Source of the DNA: a bacterium
Lineage (GTDB): Bacteria > Patescibacteriota > Minisyncoccia > UBA6257 > GWB1-50-10
Assembly (NCBI GenBank): GCA_021814165.1
Contig: JAKAIX010000004.1
Span: 1 to 45,591 of the forward strand
Length of the DNA stretch: 45,591 nucleotides
Reading direction: 5' to 3'
Shown here: positions 1 to 8,571 of the stretch, one piece after another
How positions within the stretch are numbered: position 1 is the first letter of the stretch
Layout of the letters: each line of letters opens with the position of its first letter
Program-made: the position numbers and the translations under genes
The notes under the pieces: generated by a model
What the model was told of the DNA's origin: nothing
What the model saw: only the letters and a program-made list of their open reading frames with translations
The model's database searches: none

Positions 1-14
1 ATTTATAATTCAAT

Positions 15-143
15 AATTTTCAATTTCCAATGATCAATTTTCAGTAAATTTTCAATTCGAAAATTTTACAATTACGAAATTGATTGTCCTCCGAAGGAGG
101 ATCCGCCTCGGGCGGAAAAATTGGAAATTGATAATTGAAAATT
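15..143. repeat. AT-rich quasi-palindromic heptamer-repeat element (copy 1) with nested GC double hairpin at 87-116
   Basis: 15-43 is the exact reverse complement of 24439-24467. 117-143 is identical to 25999-26025. 87-116 matches the reverse complement of 7168-7197 at 29/30. Confidence 0.9.
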
Positions 144-158
144 TCTACATTTCGCCCT

Positions 159-950
159 TTACAATACGAATATAAGTATACCAAGAATGACGACTGCAAT
201 CCCGCCCCATATGCGGAATTTCTTTATGCTATTTTTTCTCCATTCCTGAACCTTCTGGAGAACCGATTCGTTTGATGCCGCAAGGAGAATCAGCGCGAGA
301 GGTAAGATAAAGATAAGGTTATAAAGAAGAAGATAGCCGAAACCCGAGAAGAAGGTTGCCTGGTCGTGCAGAAGTCCGAGAATAACAAGATAGGGCCCTC
401 CCGTACAAGGGAATTCGCAAAGTCCCACGAATGCGCCGAGAAGGAACGCGGTGGGGGTTGATGCTTTTTCCATGAGCCGCGCCATCATCGCATGGCTTCC
501 CGAAGGGATGCGAAGCTTAATGGGAAACGAGGGAATAAATTCATTCAGAAGTTCGATTCCTCCCAGAAGAATCAGAAGCGAAGCGGCAAGCTTCGACATG
601 AAACGCGGCACGCCGAAAAACGAGAGTGCCTGCAGAATCCCGAGCCCTATCAAGAGATATGCGACGAACACTCCGAAGATGTACACCGAGCCGAGACGCA
701 AAATTCCAGGGCGCGCTTTACCTAGACTAAAGAGAAATGCAATCGTAAGGAGCAACACGGAAAATGCGCACGGGTTGATGCTATCGACTGCCGCGGAGAG
801 AAACACGAGCGGGAGGAGCAGCGTTCCTCCATTATTTGTATTCCAAGGAAGCGCCCCGCTTTCTCTCGTTATGCCGGTGAAAATAGCAATTCCCAGAAAC
901 GCCGCGATTATCCCGATAACCCAAAATAATTTTTTCTTATTGTTGTTCAT
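159..950 (-). CDS. CcdA/DsbD-like (cytochrome c biogenesis family) multi-pass membrane protein
   Basis: Multiple TM segments with the two Cys motifs DSINPCAF and CEFPCTGGPY typical of CcdA/DsbD-beta-like proteins. Confidence 0.8.
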   Translation of the reverse strand: MNNNKKKLFWVIGIIAAFLGIAIFTGITRESGALPWNTNNGGTLLLPLVFLSAAVDSINPCAFSVLLLTIAFLFSLGKARPGILRLGSVYIFGVFVAYLLIGLGILQALSFFGVPRFMSKLAASLLILLGGIELLNEFIPSFPIKLRIPSGSHAMMARLMEKASTPTAFLLGAFVGLCEFPCTGGPYLVILGLLHDQATFFSGFGYLLLYNLIFILPLALILLAASNESVLQKVQEWRKNSIKKFRIWGGIAVVILGILIFVL

Positions 951-1030
951 AATGATAATTTGGAAAAAATCCCCCGAATGGGGGGGTGTACACGACGCGC
1001 GTCACCAGTTGTTTCGACTCAACCGATGAA

Positions 1031-1441
1031 CTACGCGCCGACAGAGAACGAGGGGCTCCGTTCATGAAAGCAGAACCACAACTTTTCTTTTATCCGAGTA
1101 AGCGGGGCGAGACTACGAGTTGATCTGAAATAAGTGCTCCGCATCAAAGCGTGCGGATGTATCGCAAGAAGCGCTATCACAATAACGAGGAGTACAAAGA
1201 ATAAGAACGCCGCGAGAGGAGTCGGTGCGAATACGCTCACAATCGAACTTTTGAAGGCGTTTGAATGGAAAAGCGAAAAGGCGAACATACCGTCTCTCAG
1301 GGGACAAGGAATCGTCCTCCCCGTGAAATTCACGGGACATTCCCCGTTCGCCTCATGATGCATTGTTTGCATTCCTAAAAACCCGAAAATACTTACCCCG
1401 AGAATGCTTATCGCAAGAATAATGGCCGAGAAAACCTTCAT
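1031..1441 (-). CDS. Small membrane protein with His/Cys motif; start moved to MKVFS
   Basis: N-terminal hydrophobic helix, MHHEANGECP...CP, second TM, C-terminal WFCFHERSPS. ATG at 1441. Confidence 0.65.
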   Translation of the reverse strand: MKVFSAIILAISILGVSIFGFLGMQTMHHEANGECPVNFTGRTIPCPLRDGMFAFSLFHSNAFKSSIVSVFAPTPLAAFLFFVLLVIVIALLAIHPHALMRSTYFRSTRSLAPLTRIKEKLWFCFHERSPSFSVGA

Positions 1442-1518
1442 GCTTTCGGTATAGCACATTCGCACCAACACTACAATTATGCAGACCCCTTCATAAGAAA
1501 GGGCTTTCTAAAAACAAA

Positions 1519-1660
1519 ATCCCGCCTTTAGATAAATCCCGGCTCTTTTCAAGCCCTGACCCCTGAACCAATCCGTAAGAAGAAATGAATCCTCCGTTGG
1601 ATTTGGATTACGCGGGATCATATGTAAGGATTATTTGATCCGGAATCTAAACGACGGGAT
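1519..1660 (-). ncRNA. Structured small RNA, 6S RNA-like candidate
   Basis: Intergenic. The ends pair (ATCCCGTCGTTTAGATTCCGG with CCGGGATTTATCTAAAGGCGGGAT). Internal stems, a GGTTCAGGGG segment, an extended -10 promoter just upstream and a T-rich tract downstream. Confidence 0.55.
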
Positions 1661-1666
1661 ATAGTT

Positions 1667-1694
1667 ATTATACCACCTGAAGGAGGAGAAACAA
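1667..1694 (-). promoter_or_regulatory. Sigma70-type promoter for the small RNA
   Basis: Minus strand TTGTTT-N16-TATAAT with extended TGnTATAAT, about 6 nt before the 5' end of the RNA stem. Confidence 0.65.
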
Positions 1695-1735
1695 TTGACA
1701 GATCAGTTAAAAAATTTTCAGCGAGAGAAAAAGCC

Positions 1736-2812
1736 CTATAATCCGAGTGTTTTTGCGATCTGTTTTATAAGTCCCACTACCACTGCGGCGGGCAACAGAC
1801 TATAAGAAGATACCCCCTCATCATCGAGGACCGTCCATGGCGTTTCGTTCACTTTCACTTTCCCTTCTTTTTCATTATAGACATACGAATATTCGGGAGT
1901 GACCTCGTACATATCGACTTTCTCCGCCGCTTCATTGGCCGGGACGGCGTTCCTTAAATATATTTTCGAAACGCCTTCCATGCCGAGAAGCGTTTTCATC
2001 ACGGTCTTGTCGATTTCTATCCTGTCGCGTATCGCCTCGATTCCTAAATTGTCTCCTTCCTTCGCCACCATCCTCGCCCCGCCGCACTTTGGATTGTCGC
2101 AGATGAGATAGAATTCTTTTTTCTCTTTGTTATAACCGATTTCTTTTGTGCGAAGCAATTTCAGACTTCTCGGCGCGTGGCAGACGGGACAGATGACCCT
2201 ATTCTGCATGCGTTCATTAATAATCGTCTCGGGGACATCCATGAATACGAAGAAATCAGGATTATCACGGTATCCCAAAAGCTCCCTGAAATAGAGCGAG
2301 TATGAAATCTGGTCCAGACTTCTCGGAAATCCGTCGATGAATATCGCTTTTTTCTCATCCTTCGATATTTCATATTCTATGAGCGCAAGAATGAACTCAG
2401 TAGGAAGAAGATTGCTCGTGCTTCTTCCCAGGAGTGCGTCGATCGCGGCATCGAGCGGGAGCGCTCCGCGATAGCGTGCTTTAAGGAAAGTTAAAAGTTT
2501 CCCTTTTTCCGTTTCGTCCTCAAAACTCGCATGTACGTCCCTCACGATGTCCCCCACCGAAATATGCCGGATTCTCTCCGGTCCTATCGCCTCCGCGAAA
2601 AGTTTCGAGTATGTACCCTTGCCCGAGTTTTTGGGACCCAAGAGGAACCCGAGAAAGTTATTGTGGGAGAGATATTCGCGTATTTTCTCTATCTCATCGC
2701 CCGCCTTGAGCGTAAAATATTTTTTACGCTCGACCGGATCCTCAAGCGCGAAGGGCTGTGAGAGCCCTTCTATTTTTGTCTTAAATACCGGGAATGAAAA
2801 TCCTTTCGTCAT
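1736..2812 (-). CDS. Adenylate kinase-family nucleoside monophosphate kinase, extended form
   Basis: P-loop GPKNSGKGT, HISVGDIVR, IDGFPRS and Zn-type LID RVICPVC...CDNPKC. Overlaps the aspS stop (ATGA). Confidence 0.85.
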   Translation of the reverse strand: MTKGFSFPVFKTKIEGLSQPFALEDPVERKKYFTLKAGDEIEKIREYLSHNNFLGFLLGPKNSGKGTYSKLFAEAIGPERIRHISVGDIVRDVHASFEDETEKGKLLTFLKARYRGALPLDAAIDALLGRSTSNLLPTEFILALIEYEISKDEKKAIFIDGFPRSLDQISYSLYFRELLGYRDNPDFFVFMDVPETIINERMQNRVICPVCHAPRSLKLLRTKEIGYNKEKKEFYLICDNPKCGGARMVAKEGDNLGIEAIRDRIEIDKTVMKTLLGMEGVSKIYLRNAVPANEAAEKVDMYEVTPEYSYVYNEKEGKVKVNETPWTVLDDEGVSSYSLLPAAVVVGLIKQIAKTLGL

Positions 2813-4233
2813 TTTGTTTTTTCTTTTGTACCATTATTCTTCTCCGTTTTCAAGTGGAGTTCCTTGAGTTGCTCTTCGCTTACCTCGGAGGGCGCGTCCA
2901 TCATCAAATCCCTCCCATCCCCCGTTTTTGGAAACGCAATCACCTCGCGGATGTTCGGCTCGTTCTGAAGAATCGACATCAAGCGATCAAGTCCGGGAGC
3001 GATGCCACCGTGCGGCGGCACGCCGTATTCAAACGCCTCAAGCATATGCCCGAACTTCGCGAGCACCTCTTCGCGCTTATTCCCCATCGCCTCGAATACC
3101 TCCTGTAAAAGCGCCGGGTTGTGGATACGGATGGAGCCGCCGGCAATCTCATAGCCGTTCAACACGAGATCATACTGGTCCGCGAGAATCGCTCCCGGAT
3201 CTTCCTTGAACTGTTTCTTGAAATCTTCGACATCCCTCACGCGCGGCTGAGTAAAGGGGTGGTGCACCGCATCCCACCGTTTCTCGGTTTCTTTCCATTC
3301 GAACGCCGGAAAATCAACTACAAAAAGGAATGCTAGCTCGTTTGGATCGTTCTTGTCTTTTCTGACATCGGGCTTATCAGAGTTATATCGCTCCATAGCT
3401 TCCTTATAAGACATGCGCGGAAAAGGAGTCTGGCTCAGGTGTTTTTCCGGATACAGCTTTTTCACAATCTGCGTCATAAGCTCCTCCACCAGCTCCATCA
3501 CTTCTTCCTGGTTGGTAAAACTCATCTCAATATCGAGCTGTGTGAATTCCGGCTGGCGATCGCCGCGCGTATCTTCATCTCTGAAACACCTGACGATTTG
3601 AAAATATCTTTCAAACCCCGCCACCATAAGAAGCTGCTTGTATTGCTGCGGCGACTGTGGAAGCGCATAGAATTTTCCCGGATATACGCGGGACGGCACA
3701 AGGTAGTCCCTCGCACCCTCGGGAGTCGATTTACTGATATAAGGCGTCTCAATTTCGGTAAATCCACGCGATCCCAAAAATTCACGAATGAACGCGTTTA
3801 CGCTCGCACGCATGCGCAAATTGTTCCGCATACGCGGGCGACGAAGATCAAGATAGCGATATTTCATTCTTACCTCTTCGTTCACTTCTCTCCCGTCGCC
3901 TCCCAAATCGAACGGCGGCGTTTTTGCCTCGGTGATAATCCGAAGCGCAGTCGCCGTTACCTCGTGAAAACCGTTTGCAACTTTTTCATTCTCCATTCCC
4001 TTCGGGCGCCGCGCAACGGTACCGGTAATTTTTACAACCCATTCCGGACGAAGCCGTTCCGCTTCCGCGTGGAGTTCCTTGTCACCGGGCGTGAAGACAA
4101 TCTGCACGATACCGGTCACGTCGCGAAGATCGATAAAGATGAGTTTTCCGTGATCGCGGCGGGTATCCACCCAACCGAGGAGTTCAATTACCTCCCCTTC
4201 CTTGGCACTGACATCCTTGGTGAGCGTTCTCAT
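2809..4233 (-). CDS. aspS: Aspartate--tRNA ligase, short form without the GAD insert, probably non-discriminating
   Basis: OB fold GWVDTRRDHGKLIFIDLRD, LPQSPQQYKQLLM, CFRDED...RQPEFTQLD, PPHGGIAPGLDR, IREVIAFPKT. Confidence 0.97.
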   Translation of the reverse strand: MRTLTKDVSAKEGEVIELLGWVDTRRDHGKLIFIDLRDVTGIVQIVFTPGDKELHAEAERLRPEWVVKITGTVARRPKGMENEKVANGFHEVTATALRIITEAKTPPFDLGGDGREVNEEVRMKYRYLDLRRPRMRNNLRMRASVNAFIREFLGSRGFTEIETPYISKSTPEGARDYLVPSRVYPGKFYALPQSPQQYKQLLMVAGFERYFQIVRCFRDEDTRGDRQPEFTQLDIEMSFTNQEEVMELVEELMTQIVKKLYPEKHLSQTPFPRMSYKEAMERYNSDKPDVRKDKNDPNELAFLFVVDFPAFEWKETEKRWDAVHHPFTQPRVRDVEDFKKQFKEDPGAILADQYDLVLNGYEIAGGSIRIHNPALLQEVFEAMGNKREEVLAKFGHMLEAFEYGVPPHGGIAPGLDRLMSILQNEPNIREVIAFPKTGDGRDLMMDAPSEVSEEQLKELHLKTEKNNGTKEKTK

Positions 4234-4265
4234 ATATACGGCTCAATTGTACTACAGAAGCCGAC

Positions 4266-5189
4266 TCACTTCAAAACGGAGAGCATCGTTCCATCGCTCC
4301 GAACCGTGATAAAGCCGTCCCTGTCGGTACGAAACACTCTCGCGCCAATCTCCCCGAGGCGCGTCAGCACTTGCGGCGTCGGGTGTCCATAACTGTTCTT
4401 TCCGACCTCGATGAACGCGAATTTAGGAAGCGTTGTTTTTAAGAATGTTTCGGACGAAGAAAACTTCGATCCATGATGGCTTATTTTTAATACATCGACT
4501 CTTCCCGCGGTTTTCTCGACCATATCTTCAACATCGCTCGTTGCGTCGCTCATAAAAAGCGCCTTTGTGTTTTTTGCAAGAAGTTCGAATACCAATACCG
4601 CATCGTTCTGATTCTTCACGGATTCCGGATTCAAGGAGGGAGCGAGTGCAATGAGGGTATTCGAAGCGTAGCGAATCGAATCTCCGGCACCGAACGTTAT
4701 CTGCTGCACACGGCGATCTTCAAGCGCTTTCTTCAGTTCACGAAACGAGGCCTGATCCGAAGAGAGCCCGTTCGAAACGAACGCACCGATTTTGTACCGT
4801 TTCGCGACATCGATGAGCCCACCGAAATGATCCAGTTGGGGATGCGTCATTACAACAATATCGATTGATCGGACACCGGAAGGTAACGCCGCATCAAGTG
4901 CCCGCACCGCATCGAGCGTCGGTGGTCCTCCGTCTATGAGTACGGTTGCCCCGCCGGGAAGCACGATAAGCTCGCTATCTCCTTGTCCCACCGGCAAGAA
5001 GTGAATAAGGAGATTACTCCGACTTGCACTCGCGATACGGACAACGAGCCATATACAAAGTATGAGAAGGAGGAAGACGAGAAGAATAAACCTCCCGACT
5101 TTACATTCGATATATTTGAAAATCTCCGGGAATATCTGGAGGCCGGGCCTCCCGAGAGGAGGCCCGGCCTCCCCAAATTGCTTCTTCAT
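4266..5189 (-). CDS. ComEC-like metallo-beta-lactamase fold protein (separately encoded ComEC C-terminal part)
   Basis: VGQGDS, LIDGG, THPQLDHFGG, LKISHHGS, NSYGHP, RTDRDG. ATGA overlap with the comEC stop. Confidence 0.9.
   Translation of the reverse strand: MKKQFGEAGPPLGRPGLQIFPEIFKYIECKVGRFILLVFLLLILCIWLVVRIASASRSNLLIHFLPVGQGDSELIVLPGGATVLIDGGPPTLDAVRALDAALPSGVRSIDIVVMTHPQLDHFGGLIDVAKRYKIGAFVSNGLSSDQASFRELKKALEDRRVQQITFGAGDSIRYASNTLIALAPSLNPESVKNQNDAVLVFELLAKNTKALFMSDATSDVEDMVEKTAGRVDVLKISHHGSKFSSSETFLKTTLPKFAFIEVGKNSYGHPTPQVLTRLGEIGARVFRTDRDGFITVRSDGTMLSVLK
5138..5172. repeat. GC-rich palindrome (15-bp perfect stem) inside the 5' end of the MBL gene
   Basis: GGAGGCCGGGCCTCC-cgaga-GGAGGCCCGGCCTCC. 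Degenerate copy at 11408-11445. Confidence 0.85.
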
Positions 5190-6634
5190 GCTCTTTTTAA
5201 TCCCCTTTCTCTTTTATTCATCTTCCATATGAACCATCCCACTGCCGCATAATACGGGATCGCGAAGCTCCAATTGAAAGGAATTTCAAGAAGGAATCCG
5301 AGTTTCCCGAAAAACGTTATGATCCCTGTTTCAAAGTAAAGCAGCGGCAACACGAACCAACTTAACGCTAATGCGGCGTAATGAGAAACAAACGCGATAG
5401 CCCCAACCCCGAAACCGAGCGCCATCGTGAGGGGAACGCACTCAAGAACCATAATATTCGAGAGAAGCGAAAGCGGCGAGAACGAACCGAAGGAAGACAA
5501 AAGAAGCGGCAAAACCATGATCTGCGCGGAGGAGGTGGTAAGCATATTCTCCTTCCAGGAAAGGATTCCCGGATTTCCAAACGTGCGCCAATACTCCTGC
5601 ATCGCTGGCTTCAGATACACGATTCCCAAAAGCGCGAGAAACGACAAACCGAACCCAACGTCGAATACGAGAATGCGCGGGTTCAAGAGCACCATGACGA
5701 GTCCCGCACACACGATGACGTTTCGAACATCGAATAACCTTCCGCGTTCTTTCGCGATGAGTACGAGTATGCCCATGATCGCGGCACGCACAACTGAGGC
5801 CTCAATGCCCGTCATCACGACAAAACCGACCACCAAAAAGCAAGTAAACGCGAGTGCGACACCTCTTCTCATAAAAAATACGAAAATCGACATCGCGGCA
5901 AGAACGATGATCGAGATGTTATACCCCGAAAGCGCGACGAGATGCGTCGTACCGCTCCCCTGCATCGCGGAGATAAACTCTTTCGAGAATCCGCTCCGAT
6001 CTCCCAAAGTAAGACCTCCCAGAAAAGCCGCCTCTTTTTGAGGCATTAATCTTTCGAACGACCCAAGCACGCGGGCGCGAACGGAAAACAAAAACGACTT
6101 GAGAGATGATCCCCGGTGTTCCGCGATACGCGAAAGTTCCGGGAAACGAACCGATCCGTCGATGCGTTCTTTTTTGAGATACCGATCGAACGAATCCGAA
6201 TCCGGTTTTTCTATCGTCCCCGATATGCGCAGTACATCGCCATAACGGAATGAGGGATACCGATCCGTGGTAACAAGAAACCGAGAATCGCGCAACGTTC
6301 CGTTCCGCGTTCTTACCACCAGTGACTGGAATGCATCCTTCGTCTCGGGGTTTTCATCAACGATTCCACTAAATGTAATTTTCCCCGATGGAATATCTTC
6401 CGCAATATCTTCCGTGGTAATTCCGGTATAGTAAATTGCTCCGATAAGAAGGAAGAGGGAAAGGCCGGCCTGCCATAGGAATTTGCTTTCTTTCTTCAGG
6501 CGCCATAATAGCAAAAAAACCGCAATGCAGACTGCGGCAATATAAAGTAACGGGGAGCGGAGACCCAGACTCGCTCCTGCGATTCCTCCGAGAAAAAATA
6601 ACGCGCCGTAAAAGAAGGCATCGTACGCCGGCAC
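5186..6634 (-). CDS. comEC: ComEC/Rec2 competence protein (OB + competence domain)
   Basis: GTTHLVALSGYNI, ASVVRAAIMG, LNP..VFDVGFGLSFLA and many TM helices. GTG start 6 nt after TATAAT. Confidence 0.93.
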   Translation of the reverse strand: MPAYDAFFYGALFFLGGIAGASLGLRSPLLYIAAVCIAVFLLLWRLKKESKFLWQAGLSLFLLIGAIYYTGITTEDIAEDIPSGKITFSGIVDENPETKDAFQSLVVRTRNGTLRDSRFLVTTDRYPSFRYGDVLRISGTIEKPDSDSFDRYLKKERIDGSVRFPELSRIAEHRGSSLKSFLFSVRARVLGSFERLMPQKEAAFLGGLTLGDRSGFSKEFISAMQGSGTTHLVALSGYNISIIVLAAMSIFVFFMRRGVALAFTCFLVVGFVVMTGIEASVVRAAIMGILVLIAKERGRLFDVRNVIVCAGLVMVLLNPRILVFDVGFGLSFLALLGIVYLKPAMQEYWRTFGNPGILSWKENMLTTSSAQIMVLPLLLSSFGSFSPLSLLSNIMVLECVPLTMALGFGVGAIAFVSHYAALALSWFVLPLLYFETGIITFFGKLGFLLEIPFNWSFAIPYYAAVGWFIWKMNKRERGLKRA

Positions 6635-6650
6635 CTATTTATTATACAAG

Positions 6651-6682
6651 AAGTCGTTCATCCAAAAACGAATGAACGACTT
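6651..6682. terminator. Hairpin immediately after the small ORF
   Basis: AAGTCGTTCAT...ATGAACGACTT, 11-bp stem. Confidence 0.65.
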
Positions 6683-6851
6683 ATTTTTTTATCTTCTGAA
6701 AAAACGTCTTTAAAGACATCTGTAACCATGCGGCGATTATTCCGCGCATGGTGGCATTTTTACACGCCACATTGATTCTCCCCGTTTTCTCATTTTTCTC
6801 TATTTCAATGAAAGGAGCGGGAATTTTTTCCAGTTCTTCTTTACTGGTCAT
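6681..6851 (-). CDS. 56-aa small protein not in the ORF track (MTSKEELEKIPAPFIEIEKNEKTGRINVACKNATMRGIIAAWLQMSLKTFFQKIKK)
   Basis: Manually translated open frame. AAGGAG RBS 8 nt upstream of the ATG, TTGACA at 6905-6910 with a TATATT-like -10, and a hairpin at the stop. Confidence 0.7.
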   Translation of the reverse strand: MTSKEELEKIPAPFIEIEKNEKTGRINVACKNATMRGIIAAWLQMSLKTFFQKIKK

Positions 6852-6932
6852 TTTGACTCTCCTTTATTCTTCTTACTTTAATATACACCATTAACGGTAC
6901 CTGATGTCAAGGCACCCCGCTTCTTGGTAGCT

Positions 6933-8153
6933 CTAAATGATAATCCCTCCCCCGAGCATTTCACCTTTCTCCGTATAAAACACCGCCGACTGGCCCGGAG
7001 CGACAAACTTGACCGGTTCGTCGAATTTGAGAATAAGTAATTTCGAACTATGAATTAGGGAACGTCTTTTAGCTCCTAATTCCTTATTCCTTATTCCTAA
7101 TTCAAGTACGGCCTTCGCAAGCGGTTGACGATAGCGGATACGGGCGAGCACAGGGATTTTGAATTTCTCCGCCGGAGGCGGATCCTCCTTCGGAGGAGAA
7201 TCCGAGATTTCAAACGGACGGATGAAATTCACGTTCGTAATTTCGACTTCTTTCCGATAGAGAGCCGGATTGTTCTCTCCTTCCGCGACAACAAGCGTAT
7301 TTGTTTTTAAATTTTTCTCCGCAACGTAATACGGCCTCGTCTCTGTTGCTCCCCTTATTCCTAATTCCTTATTCTTCATTCCTAAATTCAGGCCGTGCCG
7401 CTGACCGACGGTATAAAAGAAAATTCCCTCGTGCTCCCCCACTTTCTTACCGTTCGTATCGATAACGGGCCCTCTCTTCGGCTTGATATATTTCTTCAAA
7501 AACTCGTCGAGTGCCACCCGACCCAAAAAACAGATTCCCTGCGAATCCTTCTTCTCCGCCGTCGGCAACCCTGCCTTTCTCGCAATCTCCCGCACCCTCG
7601 GCTTCGTATAATCTCCTATCGGAAAGAGACTATGCTGTAGTTGCTCTTGAGTAAGCGTCCATAAGAAATAGGACTGATCTTTGTTTGGGTCCTTTGCAAT
7701 GAATAAATGATAATTGGTAATTGGTAAGTTTTGTTTTTGGATTTTGGATTTTGGATTTATTTGGGATTTGCGCAATCGGACATAATGTCCGGTTGCGACC
7801 AGATCCGCTCCCATCGCGCGCGCTCTCTTTAAAAACAACCCGAACTTTATCTCCTTGTTGCACATTACGTCCGGATTCGGCGTAACCCCGTGTTTGTACC
7901 CTTCTACCATATACTCCACCACCTTTTTCTTGTATTCCTTTTCAAAGTCGAACACGTAGAAAGGAATACCGAGATGTTCGGAGACGCGGCGCGCATCCTC
8001 CGCGTCTTTCTCTTCACATCCGTCGATATTAAACGAACGAATAAAAACGCCGGTAACGTCATACCCCTCTTTCTTGAGCAGATAAGCGGCGACCGAGCTG
8101 TCCACGCCGCCCGACAATCCCACAAATACTTTTCCCTTCTTCTTGCTTGACAT
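6933..8153 (-). CDS. mnmA: tRNA-specific 2-thiouridylase MnmA with repeat-derived insertions
   Basis: SGGVDSS, TPNPDVMCNKEIKFG, ATGHY, KDQSYFL, KKDSQGICF, APGQSAVFY. Confidence 0.97.
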   Translation of the reverse strand: MSSKKKGKVFVGLSGGVDSSVAAYLLKKEGYDVTGVFIRSFNIDGCEEKDAEDARRVSEHLGIPFYVFDFEKEYKKKVVEYMVEGYKHGVTPNPDVMCNKEIKFGLFLKRARAMGADLVATGHYVRLRKSQINPKSKIQKQNLPITNYHLFIAKDPNKDQSYFLWTLTQEQLQHSLFPIGDYTKPRVREIARKAGLPTAEKKDSQGICFLGRVALDEFLKKYIKPKRGPVIDTNGKKVGEHEGIFFYTVGQRHGLNLGMKNKELGIRGATETRPYYVAEKNLKTNTLVVAEGENNPALYRKEVEITNVNFIRPFEISDSPPKEDPPPAEKFKIPVLARIRYRQPLAKAVLELGIRNKELGAKRRSLIHSSKLLILKFDEPVKFVAPGQSAVFYTEKGEMLGGGIII

Positions 8154-8214
8154 GAGAAGTAACTAAGTATAATAATATGCTTGAAATTTTACAAACTTCA
8201 ACGCGGAGTAAGGT

Positions 8215-8559
8215 ATGAGAGAGAAACTTTCCTTGGTCTTCGTGCTGGTGGGTGTTGTACTGGTAGCAAAATTCGCATCGCCTTCCAACAACGTGGAAAG
8301 CCAAGCTCTTCCAATGATAGGAGTGATTTCACTTGTCCTTGGGTCTTATTTCTATGTGAGACCAAAGGAAAAAGAAAAACAGAAGTCATTTCATGTATCA
8401 CTACTCGTATTCGGTGTAATACTTCTAGCGGTAGGGGTGGTGTTTCTCAACAGTTCTTTGTACTTTTCGTATGGTGCTTTGGCGGGCATCTTGTTCATTA
8501 TGGCAGGGATATCAAAACTTCTCCCTGACGAAGAAACTGGCACCCTCCCTCGAACTTAA
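8215..8559 (+). CDS. Hypothetical four-TM membrane protein
   Basis: Four hydrophobic segments, followed by a terminator-like hairpin. Confidence 0.65.
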   Translation: MREKLSLVFVLVGVVLVAKFASPSNNVESQALPMIGVISLVLGSYFYVRPKEKEKQKSFHVSLLVFGVILLAVGVVFLNSSLYFSYGALAGILFIMAGISKLLPDEETGTLPRT

Positions 8560-8571
8560 TCAATTTTGTCC

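Noticed and set aside
3439-4392. Long antisense ORFs (also 28063-28983, 29473-30255, 41923-42708, 42812-43789, 8669-9271)
   Set aside because: They are shadow frames opposite well-supported genes and carry no recognisable motifs.
4266-6634. comEC as a frameshifted pseudogene
   Set aside because: Both parts have intact motifs. The second has its own ATG overlapping the stop and its own TM anchor, consistent with a naturally split gene.
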